This document shows, piece after piece, positions 1-10,207 of a stretch of 64,000 nucleotides of DNA (positions are counted from its first letter, which is position 1; each line of letters begins with the position of its first letter). The DNA is from Sphingobacterium sp. (lineage in GTDB: Bacteria; Bacteroidota; Bacteroidia; Sphingobacteriales; Sphingobacteriaceae). Both the position numbers and the translations under genes were made by a program. The notes below the pieces were generated by a model, which saw only the letters and a list, made by a program, of their open reading frames with translations, did no database searches and had not been told where the DNA came from. The stretch is taken from assembly GCA_040392285.1 (NCBI GenBank), contig JBEBWF010000008.1:15962-79961 (forward strand), in the 5' to 3' direction.

Positions 1-130
1 AAGGTTCTTCTCGACATTTTCCCAGAATAAATATGCTTGAAATACGGTGATTTTTATAGGCTCCATTAAAATACTTACACTTTTTCTTACCAAAATACAA
101 AATAAAACTGACAAATAGCAATAAAGCAAA

Positions 131-1108
131 TTACCTTACTCTCTTCATCAGTTGATTCGCTAGCTCATATAGCTCGGCTTTACGTTGACGATCGACATCA
201 ATAGCTTCCAAACTTTTATATGCTAACGTTGTATAATATTGCTTTAGTGTATCCGCCTTTTGCTGAATAGCATATTTTTCATAAAGTGTCTTCATTCCAG
301 CTATTTTTGTCGATGAACTCGCTTCCCCTAGAGACAACAGTGTATTAAAACGTTCCCTATCCTCATCCTGAATAGCTTCGCCTAACAATATATATAGAAT
401 TGTCTTTTTATTAACAATAATATCTCCACCTACCTGCTTACCAAAGGTTTCGGGGTTTCCAAAAGCATCCAGTATATCGTCCTGCAACTGAAAGGCGATA
501 CCGAGATTTACGCCGAAATCATACAACTGTGTCCTATTTTCACGAGAAGCTTCTGCCAACACTGCACCCATTTCCAATGCCCCACCCAAAAGTACCGAAG
601 TCTTTAGACGTATCATATTCACATATGCTTCTTGCTGAATAGCATGCAAAGCTTCAAAATCCATATCCAATTGCTGTCCTTCACATACTTCCAATGCGAC
701 ACGGTTAAAAATCTGAAGTAGATCAGGAATAAGATGAGCTGGACAATGTGCCAATTGTTCATAAGCCTTGATTAACAGCGCATCTCCAGATAAGATAGCT
801 ACATTGTCATTCCACTTTTGATGGATGGTTTGTCTACCCCTCCGTAAAGGAGCCTTGTCCATAATATCATCGTGAATAAGTGAGAAATTATGAAAATATT
901 CTATCGCCACGGATGCTGGCAAAGCATCATCTATATTTTTAATGCCAAACAAATCTGCTCCTAACAAAACTAACAAAGGCCGGATACGTTTACCCGACAG
1001 ATTTAGCATATAGTCTATGGGGTCATAAAGATTTTCGGGATGATTAGGTAAAACCCTACTTTTGAGCACTTCATCAATCTTTTCAGCAAACATTCTATTT
1101 ACGTACAT
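131..1108 (-). CDS. Polyprenyl diphosphate synthase family protein (trans-isoprenyl diphosphate synthase)
   Basis: Both aspartate-rich motifs are present (LIHDDIMD and QLQDDILD). The ORF track extends to 1246, but the first 46 aa overlap the divergent GT gene start. The ATG at 1108 (MYVNRMFAEK) or at 1093 is the more plausible start. Confidence 0.9.
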   Translation of the reverse strand: MYVNRMFAEKIDEVLKSRVLPNHPENLYDPIDYMLNLSGKRIRPLLVLLGADLFGIKNIDDALPASVAIEYFHNFSLIHDDIMDKAPLRRGRQTIHQKWNDNVAILSGDALLIKAYEQLAHCPAHLIPDLLQIFNRVALEVCEGQQLDMDFEALHAIQQEAYVNMIRLKTSVLLGGALEMGAVLAEASRENRTQLYDFGVNLGIAFQLQDDILDAFGNPETFGKQVGGDIIVNKKTILYILLGEAIQDEDRERFNTLLSLGEASSSTKIAGMKTLYEKYAIQQKADTLKQYYTTLAYKSLEAIDVDRQRKAELYELANQLMKRVR

Positions 1109-1189
1109 AGTCACATTTGATCTAATGCGAAGATAAGTATTAAATTTTAGCAATTCTTTTGGTTTAGGAAGAATACCGAACGAAAAACC

Positions 1190-1197
1190 TAATTTTG
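1190..1197 (+). promoter_or_regulatory. Candidate Bacteroidota-type -7 promoter box TAATTTTG (TAnnTTTG)
   Basis: Exact match to the TAnnTTTG consensus, 17 nt upstream of the ATG at 1214. Motif match only. Confidence 0.35.
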
Positions 1198-1213
1198 TAG
1201 AAGAACACAGGGC

Positions 1214-2371
1214 ATGCGAATATTTATTATCCATAATTACTATCAATCCAAGGGAGGTGAGGATGTTGTCTTCAGGCAGGAAGCCGATGAGCTAAAAGTC
1301 TGGCATAATGTAGAGACCATGACTTTTAAAAACAAAAAAGGAATAAAAGGCCTTCTCCAATTTCTCCTTTATCCCTGGAATATATTTGCAACTAAGCGAG
1401 TCATGAAGCGGGTGGAAGCCTTCCGTCCGGATATTGTTCATATACACAATATGCATTATGCGATAGGTCCACTATTATGTAGAGCACTGTACAAAAGAAA
1501 TTTCCCAACTGTCCTAACTTTACATAATTATAGGTTATTAGACCCTTCAGCTACATTGTTCCATAACAATAAAGTCTTTACCGATAGTATAAGAGACGAG
1601 TTCCCATGGAAGTCCGTTTATCGAAAAGTGTTGGATAATTCATTAATAAAGACCTTTTGGACAGCCTTTACCTACTATATTCACAAAAAGATGGGAACCT
1701 GGCAACAGGTGGATAAGTATTTGACTTTTTCAAATTTCGCCAAGGAGCTGTTAATCGAATCATCCTTACAAATTAGGCCTGAGCAAATTGCTATAAAGCC
1801 AAATTTTGTAAAATCTGACACATCTAATAGTCAGGTGAGTAGGCAAGATTATTTTGTCTATATAGGAAGGTTTTCGATCGAAAAAGGAATTATCCCCCTC
1901 TTGAATGCTTTTGCGCAGACAACGTATCAACTGAAATTATTCGGAGACGGCCCTCTTGTGACGACGGTAGAGCATTATGCAGCTCAACATAAAAGTATAG
2001 AATACGGTGGGTTTCAGGAAAAACCGCTATTGGAAAAGATCTTACGCGAAAGCCAAGCTCTTATCGTCCCGTCCTTATGGTTCGAAGGCATGCCGATGAC
2101 AGTATTGGAGGCCTTTGCAAATGGCACACCTGTTATCGCCAGCGACATCGGTATCCTCAGCGAAATGGTTCAGGACGGAGTCTATGGACTCCATTTCGAA
2201 CCTCACAACGAAAAAAGTCTCGTGGAAACGATTCACAAATGGATGAGCTTACCGCAATCAACGAAGGAAGAGATATCTGAAAATTGTCAAAAAATTTATC
2301 TAGACAAATATTCTCCACAAAAAAACGTATTATTACTAGAGCACATATATAAAGAAACGATAAAAAGATGA
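1214..2371 (+). CDS. Glycosyltransferase, GT4 (group 1) family
   Basis: The C-terminal EGMPMTVLEAFANGTPVIASDIG block is typical of GT4/GT-B enzymes. The N-terminus MRIFIIHNYY..GGED is typical of the family. 385 aa. Confidence 0.85.
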   Translation: MRIFIIHNYYQSKGGEDVVFRQEADELKVWHNVETMTFKNKKGIKGLLQFLLYPWNIFATKRVMKRVEAFRPDIVHIHNMHYAIGPLLCRALYKRNFPTVLTLHNYRLLDPSATLFHNNKVFTDSIRDEFPWKSVYRKVLDNSLIKTFWTAFTYYIHKKMGTWQQVDKYLTFSNFAKELLIESSLQIRPEQIAIKPNFVKSDTSNSQVSRQDYFVYIGRFSIEKGIIPLLNAFAQTTYQLKLFGDGPLVTTVEHYAAQHKSIEYGGFQEKPLLEKILRESQALIVPSLWFEGMPMTVLEAFANGTPVIASDIGILSEMVQDGVYGLHFEPHNEKSLVETIHKWMSLPQSTKEEISENCQKIYLDKYSPQKNVLLLEHIYKETIKR

Positions 2372-2697
2372 GTATTATAATAATCGATCCGCTCGGTCTG
2401 GCACCTAAAATCCGAGAGGCTTTAGAAACAATTTACGATCCGGAATTAGAACCGGCTAATATCGTGGATTTGGGACTAGTCTATGAAATCATAACCAAAG
2501 AGGGAGGTATAGCGAAAGTAGTCATGACCTTGACGGCACCAGGATGTCCTGTCGCCGGTCAGATTATGGACGAGGTCCAACAAAAAGTAGCGGCTCTTGA
2601 AGGTGTAAAAGAAGCGCTTGTCGAGTTGACTTTCGATCCTCCTTGGACGAAAGATATGATGACGGAAGAAGCAAAGTTAGAACTCGGCTTGTTTTAG
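2368..2697 (+). CDS. DUF59/MIP18-family Fe-S cluster assembly protein (SufT-like)
   Basis: 109 aa with IYDPELEPANIVDLGLVY and TLTAPGCPVAG motifs characteristic of DUF59. The ATGA overlap with the upstream stop suggests translational coupling. Confidence 0.8.
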   Translation: MSIIIIDPLGLAPKIREALETIYDPELEPANIVDLGLVYEIITKEGGIAKVVMTLTAPGCPVAGQIMDEVQQKVAALEGVKEALVELTFDPPWTKDMMTEEAKLELGLF

Positions 2698-3998
2698 TCA
2701 TTTGCTGACATTTCTGCTTCTAAATCTTCGAGTGTTTTCTTGGGTTTAGAAGCCAATTTTTCTTTTCCGAACAACCTATTCCAGATATTCCTTGATTCTT
2801 TGGTCAACAAAGGCGAAATGATGGAAAGAATCAAGACATATACCACCACGAAAGACTGAACTACAGGCAATAAGCCTCCGGCTTTTCCAATATTAGCCAT
2901 GATAATCGAGAATTCTCCCCGAGCAGACAAGGTCAATCCGATATCAAATGAAGTCCGAGGTTTCAGATTCGAAAAATGAGCGGCGAAATATCCTGAAGCC
3001 ACATTTCCCAATACGGTAATCACTGCGGCTAACGTCGCCCATCCAATGGCTCCTCCTAACGAATAAATATCAATTGAAAGACCGAAGCTAAAAAAGAACA
3101 TAGCCCCAAAAAAATCCTTAAAAGGTAAAACTAAAGCTTCAATTTTCTTAATATACCTGGAGTCAGCAAACACCAGTCCGGCCATTAATGCCCCTATAGC
3201 TTCAGCAACATGTATAGTTTCAGAAAACCCTGCTATGACAAAAAGCAAACTGAATATAATCAATATAAATAACTCAGATGACTTTTCCTGCAGTATCTTA
3301 TCAATAAAGGGAACGAGCTTTCTTCCTAACAGTAGAAAAGTAAGGATAAAACCTAAGGCTAATAACGAGGTGCCCAAAACCGCACTAAAAGACGTACTTC
3401 CTGTTAATATCAAACCCGAAAGAAACGATATATGCATGGCAATAAACAAATCATCAAACATGATCATCCCCATAATGACTTCTGTCTCTGGATTAGCCGT
3501 ACGCTTCAAGTCCGTCAATACCTTTGCAACAATGACTGTCGAGGAGCTGGTCATCAAACCACAAAGAACCATCAGTTCTTTAAAAGGTAAATCCATAAGC
3601 CATCCGATCAATAGCCCAGATACAAAATTGATTACAACATACAACGTTCCGCCAGTAATGATAGACTTTCCGGATTTGATTAACCGACCGACCGAGAACT
3701 CTAACCCTAGATAAAACAACAAAAACAGCACGCCCAAGCGTCCCATAAACTCGATAAAAGGCTTACTCTCCGTAAATGTAAAGAAGTGCCAAATACTGTT
3801 AAAGGTTTCTCTTAAAGTCGAATTATCTGTTTGTCCCAACAGATTGGAGATAAAAGCTGGGTACTGTTCATTACCCAATAACATACCTATAATAATAAAA
3901 AATGGAATAACTGAAAACCGTAGCCGATTTGCAAGCAATCCGACTGATGCAACCAACAAAACAGCTATACCTATTTCTAATATTACTATATGCGACAT
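2694..3998 (-). CDS. Cation:proton antiporter (CPA2, KhtU/YhaU-like K+/H+ antiporter)
   Basis: 434 aa polytopic membrane protein with Na_H_exchanger-like composition. It lies immediately downstream of a TrkA-C regulatory subunit gene. Confidence 0.85.
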   Translation of the reverse strand: MSHIVILEIGIAVLLVASVGLLANRLRFSVIPFFIIIGMLLGNEQYPAFISNLLGQTDNSTLRETFNSIWHFFTFTESKPFIEFMGRLGVLFLLFYLGLEFSVGRLIKSGKSIITGGTLYVVINFVSGLLIGWLMDLPFKELMVLCGLMTSSSTVIVAKVLTDLKRTANPETEVIMGMIMFDDLFIAMHISFLSGLILTGSTSFSAVLGTSLLALGFILTFLLLGRKLVPFIDKILQEKSSELFILIIFSLLFVIAGFSETIHVAEAIGALMAGLVFADSRYIKKIEALVLPFKDFFGAMFFFSFGLSIDIYSLGGAIGWATLAAVITVLGNVASGYFAAHFSNLKPRTSFDIGLTLSARGEFSIIMANIGKAGGLLPVVQSFVVVYVLILSIISPLLTKESRNIWNRLFGKEKLASKPKKTLEDLEAEMSAND

Positions 3999-4007
3999 TT
4001 TATATTC

Positions 4008-4487
4008 CTATATCAATATTTCTTTTAAAAGTTTGATATTCTTTAGCTTTCCAGCTATTACGAGCGTAACACCTGGCTGGATCACGTAATCAGGACCGGG
4101 GTTGATTTTGGTCTCATCACCTCGAATAGCTGCTATGATGGACGCTCCGGTCCGCTGTCTTACCTCCAGCTCACCGATACTCTTGTTGACCCCATCATTG
4201 GAAGCTTCGACTTTGTACCACTCAATGCGGAGATCATCTAACGCAACTTCGATAGTTTCTAAGGCTTTAGGTTTATAAGACAAACCTCCGAGTATACCAG
4301 CTACCTGCCGGGACTCCTCATCAGATAAGGTCATGACACAATGTGTTTCATTATCTTCGTCGTCTCGGCGATACAATTCTCTACGGCCATCATCATGGAT
4401 AACAACGACCATGTTGTCGCCTGCGTCCGTTTCGATCTGATACTTTTTGCCAATTCCAATTAGATCACTTTCTCTAACTATCGACAT
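4008..4487 (-). CDS. Cation:proton antiporter regulatory subunit (KhtT-like, TrkA-C domain)
   Basis: 159 aa. The N-terminal LIGIGKKYQIET..G..MVVVIHDDGRRELY region and the C-terminal TrkA-C-like region (LVIAGK) match the KhtT architecture. It is paired with the antiporter gene 9 nt downstream. Confidence 0.8.
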   Translation of the reverse strand: MSIVRESDLIGIGKKYQIETDAGDNMVVVIHDDGRRELYRRDDEDNETHCVMTLSDEESRQVAGILGGLSYKPKALETIEVALDDLRIEWYKVEASNDGVNKSIGELEVRQRTGASIIAAIRGDETKINPGPDYVIQPGVTLVIAGKLKNIKLLKEILI

Positions 4488-4547
4488 GATTTATATTTTT
4501 TGATGAATACTCTGTAATAGAAGACAAACAAATATAATAAAAAACAG

Positions 4548-5330
4548 TTACCCCACTGCATCTATCAACTTATAGTTTCCATCTTCTTTAATCTCAGGTC
4601 TTCCTATAGCAATAGTTTTGCCGTGATAGAAAAGATACACCCAACCCGCTGGCGCTCCTTCTTTCCAGTACTGAGCGCGTAAATCTCTTGCTAGACGGCC
4701 GTCATAGTCATATTTCGCGATAAAACTCTTGAAAAGCTCTTCTGGTTCGGGCAAGACATCTCCACCGAAGAAAAAATGCTCACCGCCCGTCTCAATATGG
4801 AATACTTGATGATAAGGTGTATGTCCCCCATTCAATTCATAACTGATTTCTGGATTAACCACCCCATCTCCCTCGACCAACGTCAAGTTACCACTACGTT
4901 GCAACACGTCCAATGTTTCGGTATTATAGGAGGAGGAATCGGTGCTGTATGCCCGCTCCCATTCATTACGCTGAATGACATATTCCGCTTCCGGAAATGC
5001 AACACGCCCTGTACCATCCCTAAAATCCACCATTCCCCCAATATGATCTTTGTGAAGATGGGACATCAATACATACCGCACATCTTTCACATCAAAACCC
5101 AGTTTTTTGATATTGTGATGTATCAAAAGTTCATCATCTGCTGTCCGTAATCCTAAACCTGCATCGCACAAGAGTAGCCCATGACTTGATTCGATCAAAA
5201 ATGGATGAACATGGACAAATAAAGAGCCGGGTCGATCTTTAGGGTCATCTTTCTTCGGATCAAAAGGTATAAATTTTTTTGAAATATCTACCGAAAAAGA
5301 TCCTTCAAAAAGGGAGTGTGCTTGCATCAT
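4548..5330 (-). CDS. MBL-fold metallo-hydrolase
   Basis: HxHxDH metal-binding motif is present (SHLHKDHIGG). 260 aa. Confidence 0.85.
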   Translation of the reverse strand: MMQAHSLFEGSFSVDISKKFIPFDPKKDDPKDRPGSLFVHVHPFLIESSHGLLLCDAGLGLRTADDELLIHHNIKKLGFDVKDVRYVLMSHLHKDHIGGMVDFRDGTGRVAFPEAEYVIQRNEWERAYSTDSSSYNTETLDVLQRSGNLTLVEGDGVVNPEISYELNGGHTPYHQVFHIETGGEHFFFGGDVLPEPEELFKSFIAKYDYDGRLARDLRAQYWKEGAPAGWVYLFYHGKTIAIGRPEIKEDGNYKLIDAVG

Positions 5331-5446
5331 CTTTTATTTTATTGTAAATATGAGAGTTATACAAATATGGACAAATACACAGCTTCAGAATTAGGTTACT
5401 ATACCCATAAAACTGTATATTTACGACTAACATACTGCGTAAAGAT

Positions 5447-7147
5447 ATGCAAAAAAGATGGGTCCTAAAACCGAAAAACGACATTGAAAAGGTAAAGAAA
5501 CTACAAACTGAGTTAGGGACCAATACGATTATTGCAGAATTATTGATTAACCGAAAGATCGAAACATTCGATCAAGCCCGCGTATTCTTCCGGCCGAACC
5601 TAGAAGAGCTCCATGACCCTTTCCTGATGAAAGATATGGAGAAGGCTATCCTCCGGATCGAAAAGGCTATCGGTAATAAAGAAAAGATCCTTATCTATGG
5701 TGATTATGACGTGGATGGAACCACAGCAGTAGCGACGGTATTCAGTTTCTTTCGCACATTTCATTCCCGCATTGAATTTTATATTCCCGATAGATATACG
5801 GAAGGATATGGCATATCAAGACAGGGTATCGATTATGCTGCACAAAATGAATTTTCACTGGTCATCGCCCTAGATTGTGGCATCAAGGCTCTCGATAAAA
5901 TTGAATATGCCAACACGCTTGGTATCGATTTTATTATTGGTGACCATCACTTACCAGGCGATCAGATTCCACGGGCAGTTGCCGTCTTAGACCCCAAAAG
6001 ATCCGACTGTGTGTACCCTTATAAAGAACTTTCTGGTTGTGGAATAGGCTTCAAGATTATTCAAGCCTTTGTGAAGAAGAACAATATGAATCCGGATCTA
6101 CCCTACCAGTATCTCGATTTAGTAGCGGTAAGTATAGCATCAGATATTGTTCCCATAACAGGTGAAAATCGGATTTTAGCCCATGCAGGCCTAAACAAGC
6201 TCAACTCAAACCCTAGCATTGGCCTACAAGCTCTTGTCAAATTGTCGAACAATAAGACAGGCATATTTTCTGTAAGTGACATTGTCTTTCAAATTGGACC
6301 TCGGATCAATGCTGCAGGTCGAATTGACCATGCCAAGGACGCTGTAGAGTTATTGATTGCTAAGTCGATCAGCGAGGCGGCTAGCTATTCTTCCGCTGTT
6401 GACGATCAAAATAATATTCGAAAAGACTTTGATCTGCGAATCACCGAAGAGGCGCTCGCTCTGATCGACAATTGCCAGGCAAATATTAAACGCAAATCCA
6501 CCGTACTCTACAAATCCGATTGGCACAAAGGAGTCATCGGTATTGTGGCATCCAGGCTGACCGAAAAATATTACCGGCCTACCGTTATATTGACACGCAC
6601 CAATGGTCATATCGCCGGATCTGCCCGTTCCGTACTAGGCTTTGATCTCTATGAGGCGCTCAGTGAATGCAGTGAACTACTCGATCAATTCGGTGGACAT
6701 AAATATGCTGCTGGCCTCACAATGAAAGAGGAGAATATCCCGCTGTTTCAAGCAAAATTTGAGGATGTTGTTCATAGAAGTATCAAACCGGAGATGCTTC
6801 AACAGGAGATCTCTATGGAACTCACCATTAAACTCCAAGATATCGATAGCAAATTCTATCGCGTTCTCCGCCAATTTGAACCTTTTGGGCCGGATAATGA
6901 GACGCCCATATTTTTTTCCAAACAGGTTGTCCCTTATGGCAAAGCTACAATCGTCGGAAATAACCACTTGAAATTTAGTATCCATCAAGACGAATCTCCA
7001 ATTTTTGACTGTATAGCGTTTGGTCAAGCTGAACACATCGCTATCATAGATAGCAATAGACCTTTTGACATCTGCTATACCATAGAAGAAAATAATTGGA
7101 GGGGAAAGAAGAATTTACAATTAAATATCAAAGGAATACGATATTAA
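5447..7147 (+). CDS. recJ: Single-stranded-DNA-specific exonuclease RecJ
   Basis: DHH-family motifs are present (GDYDVDGTT, LDCG, GDHH) together with a DHHA1-like C-terminal half. 566 aa. Confidence 0.95.
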   Translation: MQKRWVLKPKNDIEKVKKLQTELGTNTIIAELLINRKIETFDQARVFFRPNLEELHDPFLMKDMEKAILRIEKAIGNKEKILIYGDYDVDGTTAVATVFSFFRTFHSRIEFYIPDRYTEGYGISRQGIDYAAQNEFSLVIALDCGIKALDKIEYANTLGIDFIIGDHHLPGDQIPRAVAVLDPKRSDCVYPYKELSGCGIGFKIIQAFVKKNNMNPDLPYQYLDLVAVSIASDIVPITGENRILAHAGLNKLNSNPSIGLQALVKLSNNKTGIFSVSDIVFQIGPRINAAGRIDHAKDAVELLIAKSISEAASYSSAVDDQNNIRKDFDLRITEEALALIDNCQANIKRKSTVLYKSDWHKGVIGIVASRLTEKYYRPTVILTRTNGHIAGSARSVLGFDLYEALSECSELLDQFGGHKYAAGLTMKEENIPLFQAKFEDVVHRSIKPEMLQQEISMELTIKLQDIDSKFYRVLRQFEPFGPDNETPIFFSKQVVPYGKATIVGNNHLKFSIHQDESPIFDCIAFGQAEHIAIIDSNRPFDICYTIEENNWRGKKNLQLNIKGIRY

Positions 7148-7182
7148 CATATCTTTGATAGGGTGCATCGGCTTTTAATTTT

Positions 7183-7190
7183 TAATTTTG
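7183..7190 (+). promoter_or_regulatory. Candidate -7 promoter box TAATTTTG
   Basis: TAnnTTTG match 20 nt upstream of the lptB ATG. Motif match only. Confidence 0.35.
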
Positions 7191-7209
7191 ACTTTTTACT
7201 TCACAATAG

Positions 7210-7950
7210 ATGATACTACGGGCTGAACATTTAATCAAGAAATACAAACAACGAACCGTTGTAAACAATGTTTCTTTTCAGGTAGAACAAGGAGAAATCG
7301 TTGGTTTATTAGGTCCCAACGGTGCAGGAAAAACCACTTCTTTCTATATGATTGTCGGCTTGATCAAACCCAATGATGGGCATGTATACCTGGATCAAGA
7401 AGAAATTACCAAGGATGCGATGTTTCAGCGTGCACAAAAAGGCATTGGGTATCTAGCGCAGGAAGCATCTGTATTTCGAAAATTATCTGTAGAAAATAAT
7501 ATCCTTGCGGTTTTAGAAATACATTACCCTAATAAGGAAGAGCGATTTGCCAAACTAGAAGAACTGCTTACAGAATTCAGCTTACATCGCGTACGAAAAA
7601 ATCGAGGTGATCTTTTATCCGGTGGAGAAAGAAGACGGACCGAGATTGCCCGGGCATTGGCTGCGAATCCTCATTTTATTCTCCTCGATGAACCTTTTGC
7701 TGGTGTTGACCCTATTGCCGTCGAAGAAATACAAACCATTGTCGCTAAGCTAAAATCTAAAAACATCGGTGTGTTAATTACGGATCACAATGTACAAGAA
7801 ACGCTTTCGATTACGGATAGAGCTTATTTACTGACCGAGGGGAAGATCATGCTAACAGGTACTCCGGAAGAAATTGCCGATAGTGAATTGGCACGTAAGT
7901 TCTATTTAGGGCGCAATTTTGTCTTGCGTCGAAAGAACTTTACAATTTAG
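7210..7950 (+). CDS. lptB: LPS export ABC transporter ATP-binding protein LptB
   Basis: Walker A GPNGAGKTT and ABC signature LSGGERRR are present. The 246 aa size and overall sequence are typical of LptB. Confidence 0.9.
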   Translation: MILRAEHLIKKYKQRTVVNNVSFQVEQGEIVGLLGPNGAGKTTSFYMIVGLIKPNDGHVYLDQEEITKDAMFQRAQKGIGYLAQEASVFRKLSVENNILAVLEIHYPNKEERFAKLEELLTEFSLHRVRKNRGDLLSGGERRRTEIARALAANPHFILLDEPFAGVDPIAVEEIQTIVAKLKSKNIGVLITDHNVQETLSITDRAYLLTEGKIMLTGTPEEIADSELARKFYLGRNFVLRRKNFTI

Positions 7951-7958
7951 CAGTAGTC

Positions 7959-9476
7959 ATGGCAATATTAAATTCACTCTTTACATGGATCATGAAAAAG
8001 CGCATTCACCAAATCGAGCTTTTCATGAAATACCCACATGATGTACAAGATGAATGGTTCCAGAATCTGATATCTTCTGCAGAAGCAACGGAATGGGGCA
8101 AAAAGTACGACTACAAAAGTATATTCACCTTAGAAGACTATAAAAACAGAGTTCCTATCAGCGATTATGATGACATAAAGAGCTATATCGACCGAATGAT
8201 AAAAGGCGAGCAAAATATACTGTGGCCTTCGGACATCAAATGGTTCGCCAAATCTTCGGGTACCACGTCTGATCGAAGCAAGTTTATCCCCGTCAGTATG
8301 GAAGCCTTGGAAGAATGCCATTTTCAAGGGGGAAAGGACATGCTTTCCATCTATTGCAGCAACCGACCGGATACGAAGTTATTTACAGGTAAATCGGTCG
8401 TTATCGGTGGTTCTTCGCAAATCAACAACTTCAGCCCCGACTCCTATTATGGTGATTTATCTTCCATATTAATACGCAATCTTCCTTTTTGGGCCGAATT
8501 CAAAAGAACACCGAATATCGAAGTTACACTAAACCCCAACTTTGAGGAAAAAATAGAACAAATCGCACAGATTACGATCAAAGAAGACGTCACCAGCTTG
8601 GCGGGTGTACCCACATGGAATATCGTTATGGCGAAACGCATTTTAGAAATTACCGGTAAAGACAACCTGCTGGAAGTATGGCCCAACTTGGAATTTTATG
8701 GACATGGAGGTGTAAGCTTTAAGCCATACAAAGAACAATTCAAAGCATTGATCCCTTCAGATAACATGTATTTTCTAGAAAACTACAATGCTTCTGAAGG
8801 CTATTTTGGTTTGCAAGATCGCTCTGATTCGGACGATTTGTTACTCATGTTAGATTATGGTATCTATTACGAGTTTCTCCCTACCGAATATCTCGAAGAC
8901 GAACATCCCCAAACATTAGCACTACATGAAGTTGAAATAGGTAAAAACTATGCCTTGATTATCTCGACCAATGCTGGCCTTTGGCGTTATAAGATCGGTG
9001 ATACCATAAAATTCACTTCACTATCACCTTACCGTTTCCAAATCTCAGGACGCACTAAACAATACATCAACACCTTTGGTGAGGAAGTAATTGTTGACAA
9101 TGCAGAACAAGCACTAAGTAAAGCATGTCAAGCTACCAGGGCTACTATCAGAGACTATACCGCAGGCCCTATTTATTTTCGAAAAAATGAAGCAGGCGCT
9201 CATGAATGGGTCATTGAATTTGAAAGACAGCCTTCAGATTTCCAACAATTTTGTGAAATACTGGATAATTCGCTACGCGAGCTCAACTCAGACTATGATG
9301 CTAAGCGCTATAAAGATATGGCCTTATCATTTCCGGTTATACACAATGCTCCATTAAACACCTTTTATAATTGGATGAAATCCAAAGGGAAGCTCGGTGG
9401 TCAAAATAAGGTACCCCGCCTAGCGAATAACCGCGAATACCTTGATACTCTTTTAGAAATGATGAAGGAATTATGA
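7959..9476 (+). CDS. GH3 (auxin-responsive promoter) family adenylating enzyme
   Basis: 505 aa. FAKSSGTTS (an acyl-adenylate-forming P-loop-like motif) and the overall layout are typical of bacterial GH3 family proteins. Confidence 0.85.
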   Translation: MAILNSLFTWIMKKRIHQIELFMKYPHDVQDEWFQNLISSAEATEWGKKYDYKSIFTLEDYKNRVPISDYDDIKSYIDRMIKGEQNILWPSDIKWFAKSSGTTSDRSKFIPVSMEALEECHFQGGKDMLSIYCSNRPDTKLFTGKSVVIGGSSQINNFSPDSYYGDLSSILIRNLPFWAEFKRTPNIEVTLNPNFEEKIEQIAQITIKEDVTSLAGVPTWNIVMAKRILEITGKDNLLEVWPNLEFYGHGGVSFKPYKEQFKALIPSDNMYFLENYNASEGYFGLQDRSDSDDLLLMLDYGIYYEFLPTEYLEDEHPQTLALHEVEIGKNYALIISTNAGLWRYKIGDTIKFTSLSPYRFQISGRTKQYINTFGEEVIVDNAEQALSKACQATRATIRDYTAGPIYFRKNEAGAHEWVIEFERQPSDFQQFCEILDNSLRELNSDYDAKRYKDMALSFPVIHNAPLNTFYNWMKSKGKLGGQNKVPRLANNREYLDTLLEMMKEL

Positions 9477-9481
9477 TGCCA

Positions 9482-10195
9482 TTAGCGCAGGGTTTCTAGG
9501 AATTCAGCAGCTTTCTTGCCTAACTTTCCTGTAATAGGAATTTGTTCCAAGAGTCTTATTGCCTCATCTTTTTGATCTATTTGATGGTAGGATGCCGCAA
9601 GGTAATACTTCGCCTCATCCGCAAATATGGATTTTCCGTCTGCTATCGGGGTGAGTTCTTGAATAGACAAGGACCAGTTTTGCTCACCAAAATAAGTCAA
9701 CGCCGCGTAGTATTGATATTGTAAGATCGAAGGGTCAACCGCAATGAGTGTGTTTAGCATTTCCCGAGCCTCCTCATAAGATTTAGCATTGAATGCCTTC
9801 ACCGCATTTTCGTAGCGCACATTTTCTTCCTGACCGCGAACCACTTCCGATTGCATAGTTGGCAGATCGTATAGGCTATTATCATTCGAGTAAAAGAAAA
9901 ACAAAGAAAAGAACACCAATAAACAAGCCGCTGCTACAATAGGGAGGTATAACTTATATATGTTGGTCGAACTTTTTCTCGACTGTAACACCGCCTGGGC
10001 ATTCTTCAGACTCTTACGCAGCTCGTCTTCCTTCGAATCTAATCTATGCTGAATTATCCCTTGCACCTCCTGCTGCATGCTAACCTCCTGCCTCAATGCC
10101 TCATCTTCCAACAGCTGTTTTTCAAATTGGATTAACTCATCGCCCTCCAAAAGCCCGTCAATATAATCCTGAATTTTGTCTATTTTATTTTCCAT
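9482..10195 (-). CDS. Putative anti-sigma factor with a single TM segment and an extracytoplasmic TPR-like domain
   Basis: The N-terminal helix region (IQDYIDGLLEGDELIQFEKQLLED) is typical of anti-sigma N-domains. There is one TM segment (LYLPIVAAACLLVFFSLFFFY) and a TPR-like C-terminus. It starts 12 nt downstream of the ECF sigma gene. Confidence 0.6.
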   Translation of the reverse strand: MENKIDKIQDYIDGLLEGDELIQFEKQLLEDEALRQEVSMQQEVQGIIQHRLDSKEDELRKSLKNAQAVLQSRKSSTNIYKLYLPIVAAACLLVFFSLFFFYSNDNSLYDLPTMQSEVVRGQEENVRYENAVKAFNAKSYEEAREMLNTLIAVDPSILQYQYYAALTYFGEQNWSLSIQELTPIADGKSIFADEAKYYLAASYHQIDQKDEAIRLLEQIPITGKLGKKAAEFLETLR

Positions 10196-10207
10196 TGCCC
10201 TATCTTT

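Noticed and set aside
1109-1246. N-terminal 46-aa extension of the polyprenyl synthase ORF (track start 1246)
   Set aside because: The extension overlaps the start of the divergent glycosyltransferase gene (1214). It has no similarity to the family N-terminus, which typically begins near the MF/AEKIDE region. The internal ATGs at 1108 and 1093 give the usual length of about 320-325 aa.
3235-3714. 159-aa plus-strand ORF inside the antiporter gene. The same applies to 40928..41350, 43943..44542, 60808..61173, 57399..58064 and similar.
   Set aside because: All are antisense to, or out of frame within, stronger genes with clear family motifs or signal peptides. None shows any independent support.
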